NCBI GenBank assembly: GCA_963771175.1
Contig: CAVYSY010000046.1
Span: forward strand, 229,475-293,474
Reading direction: 5' to 3'
Source of the DNA: an uncultured delta proteobacterium
GTDB lineage: Bacteria; Myxococcota; Myxococcia; Myxococcales; Myxococcaceae
DNA length: 64,000 nucleotides
The notes beneath the pieces were generated by a model. It ran no database searches, was not told the origin of the DNA, and saw only the letters and a list, made by a program, of their open reading frames with translations. Below are positions 61,216 through 64,000 of the stretch, in pieces; positions within the stretch are counted from its first letter, which is position 1, and each line of letters starts with the position of its first letter. Position numbers and translations under genes: made by a program.

Positions 61216-62034
61216 TTCCCATCTCCGACATGCCAATCAAGATATTCGAAACGAATTTCGATCTTCCACCCGGAACGACCATCTTGCGCAGTCGTGGGGG
61301 AGTTTCTCGACCTCGTGCTTCGCGAGTTCCGATGGTTCGAACCCAGGCGCTATGGGTGCTCGCCTTGGATAAGACCCATCGATCCGAGCCGCATCGATCT
61401 GGGTGCGCTCGTCGCCTACTACGAAGAGCATGGAACCTGTGCGTCGCCGCCCGCACCGATCGGGACTTCATCTCGATTCTATCCCATCACGACCGGCGCT
61501 CCGCCCTACACAGGCGCAATCACCTGGATGACGTCTGCGAGCCCGGCCTCGAAAGCGTCCTGGCGTGCGGCTCATGCAAAGCAGGTGCTCGAGGTGATGC
61601 GCCTCTTTCAAGTCCCGCTGGCCCAGGCCGGATTGAAGACGGATCTTCATGCCAAGCAAGGCGACTCGTGCGCAAGAGGATTCCCCAGGAAGGAGGAAAG
61701 GAGTTCACCTACTCAGAAACAGGTCGTCACCGTGCGCGACTACAGCGAAGGACTGGCGGGCCTCTTCTGGCGCAACTTCTACGGTCCACCCTTCGTCCGT
61801 ATGTTCGGCGAGCGGCTCGACGCACTACCCCCCGAGTGCCGCCAGACGCTCGGAGAGGAACTCGTCCTCGTCCAGCCCTACGAGCTGCCCACCGAGGCGG
61901 GCACCGAGGCGGGCATGGCGCGAGAGCGCGAGCTCATCTCCCTGCTCGGCCCCGAGTGCTTCTACGACCACGAGCACCACACCCTCCCCACCCGCCGGCC
62001 CGTCCTGGACTCCCTCGGCCAGCCTCTTCACTGA
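61212..62034 (+). CDS. Putative cognate immunity protein; frameshifted near the 5' end
   Basis: ATGA overlap with the toxin stop; no signal peptide; about 270 aa with GLAGLFWRNFYGPPFVRMFG motif. Confidence 0.6.
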
Positions 62035-62120
62035 GCGTTTTCGCGCTCACGATGCTCGCAGCCAGGAGCCGTGATGCGGTTGGATGGTGGAAGGCCGCCC
62101 CTCGCATCCCCGTGCCGCAC

Positions 62121-64000
62121 ATGAAGACGCCCTCGGTATTGCTCTCGTTCGTGCTGGTGGCACTGGTCGCATGCCAGGGCCATACGGACATGGGCGTGGG
62201 CCCGCGCCTGGGGCTCGCGATGGAGTCGCCGGGCCTGGGCGCGCTGGCCTCGGCACACTCCGGGGCCGAGGTGCTGGAGGGGACGAGCGAGGTGCGCATC
62301 CAGGCGTGGGCGGCGGCGCGCCGGCTGAAGCACACGGGTGCATGGCTGGCGCTCGGGCTGCGCGTGGAGGGCGAGCGGGTGCAGTTGCTCGCCGTACGCG
62401 CTCACGAGGGGACGGGCGCCGAGGCGGGCCCGGTGGAGACGGAGGACTTCCGCCGCCTGGTGGGATGGGCGCTGCACCGCGACGTGCGGGGCCAGCGGGG
62501 CGACGTGGTGGTGACGCTGCGTCGCGGTGAGGGCATGTGGCGCGAGGAGGTGGAGTCCACGGGCCCGGTGCTCTCGGCCACCCTGCCCCAGGCGCCCTAC
62601 GAGGCCTTCCTTCGCCACCAGGGGGAGGTATTACGTGTCCCCGGCCTCTCCGAGGCGGCGCGCCGCGAGGGCCTGTCGGCCCTCAAGAAGCTGGAGGGCC
62701 AGCTGCGCTGCAACCCGAGGAGGCGCTGAAGACGGAGCCCTCGCCCCTGGCGCGCTACGCGGCGCTGCTGGAGGAGGAGCGGCAGCGCGAGGTGCGCTGG
62801 CGGGCGGTGCAGCGCAAGCTGGCCGAGTACGAGACGTGGGGCAGAAAGCTGCTGGACACCTACGCCCCGCCCCCTCGCCGTCTGGCGCCGGGCTACCTGC
62901 TGAGCGAGTCGCCCCTGCGCGAGCACTCGCTGCGCGCCCTGGGCAATGCCACGCTGGCCTGGGCCTACTCGCATACGGAGGACCCGGATTTCCTCCGGCG
63001 CACTCCCGAGGAGGTGGCCCTCTATCTGCTGGCGAGTCGCTCGGCCCTGGCCAGCGCGGTGCAACTGGGGCGACTGGCTCCGGTGCAATTGGATTACAAC
63101 GAGGCCTTCGACCCGGACACCTTCCCCGCCGAGGACCTGGTGCTGGAACTGCTGGTGGGCCTGACACCGGGCGCAGGCGAGGTGACGGACGCGCAGGCGG
63201 CCGTCACCGGCTACAGCCTCACCGGCCACGCCCTCACTCGCGCCGAGCGCGTGGTGTGTGCACTGGGCGTGCTGCTGCCCTTCGTCACCGGCGCCGTGCT
63301 GATGAAGGCCGGCGAGGAGGGGGCCGCGCGGCTGGCCTTGCTCACCGGCCGGGGCCTGGACGAGGTGGAGGTGCTCTCGCGCGTGGCCTCGCACCTGTCT
63401 CCATCGGACGCCAAGGAGATTGAGCGCCTGCTGGCGGCGGCCTCCCGGGGCCACTCCTTCACCGAGGAGGAGTTCGCACTTCCTCGAGCGGGTGGCTCGC
63501 GGCCTGGAGGCCCCGTTGCGCGAGGCGGCCGGGGCCCTGAGGGCGAGCCAGAAGGTGCCGCTGCTGGGCGTGCGCACCCTGCCGGACGGCAGCCGGCTGC
63601 TGCCCGGCTCCCGTGCCCACAAGGCCCAGCGCTGGGTGGAGCTACCAGTTCCGCCACCCGGAGAAGTACCGCCGCTTCTCCTTCCAGCCGGACGCGGACT
63701 GGGAGCGCATGTACGAGACCGTCCTGAAGAACCGGCCAGCGGGCAACGCCTTCGAGGACTCCATCCTCCAGGCCAACCAGTACGAGCGCAACACCGTGAT
63801 GATGATGCCGCCACGGGCAGCGGCGCCCAGGGCTTCATCCCCGACTCGGTGAAGAGCGACCCAGCGGAGCTGGTTTGGGGGCAGCCCTACCCCTTCGTCG
63901 AGTCCAAGGCCCGCAGGAACTCTCCCTCTCCGGCAACCTCGAGGCGATGATTGACTACGTGGACAAATACGGCGGTCACCTCGAACTGTGGGTCCGCTCC
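62121..64000 (+). CDS. Second near-identical lipoprotein toxin copy (runs off the window; several indels)
   Basis: MKTPSVLLSFVLVALVACQGH… aligns end to end with 59232 onward, with scattered substitutions. Confidence 0.75.

Larger units (their letters stand above)
59217..64000 (+). repeat. Direct repeat of about 1.9 kb (59217-61112 vs 62108-64000)
   Basis: Identity begins at CCCCGTGCCGCAC just upstream of both ATGs and continues to the window end. Confidence 0.9.

Overview
High-GC myxobacterial chromosome segment (Archangium/Cystobacter/Myxococcus-like, judged from gene families and codon style). Many single-base frameshifts fall even in essential genes and are most likely long-read indel errors. 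Core content includes mrp/apbC, an hbd-crt-acyl-CoA dehydrogenase operon, rpsA, thiolase-scoAB, an rlmD-like methyltransferase, a pterin cluster (queD, folB-cupin fusion, two SDRs), miaB, a PilZ-like/Hsp70 fusion, guaB/guaA, the rnc-ppi-era-der-yfgM-bamB block, meaB, leucine-catabolism-like genes and several peptidases (M35, S49, S46, M4). There are four highlights. (1) A XerCD dif-like site lies at 37517-37544, where gene orientation and KOPS-like octamers appear to flip (probable replication terminus), next to a foreign-looking membrane-protein gene. (2) At the right end is a tandem array of lipoprotein toxins (lipobox + pre-toxin TG + PD-(D/E)xK nuclease-like tip). The first copy is translationally coupled to a putative immunity gene, which suggests a SitAI-like polymorphic kin-discrimination system. 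(3) A decayed pseudokinase-XRE-DUF2381 island shows a visible deletion junction. (4) A FolB-cupin fusion sits in a pterin operon.
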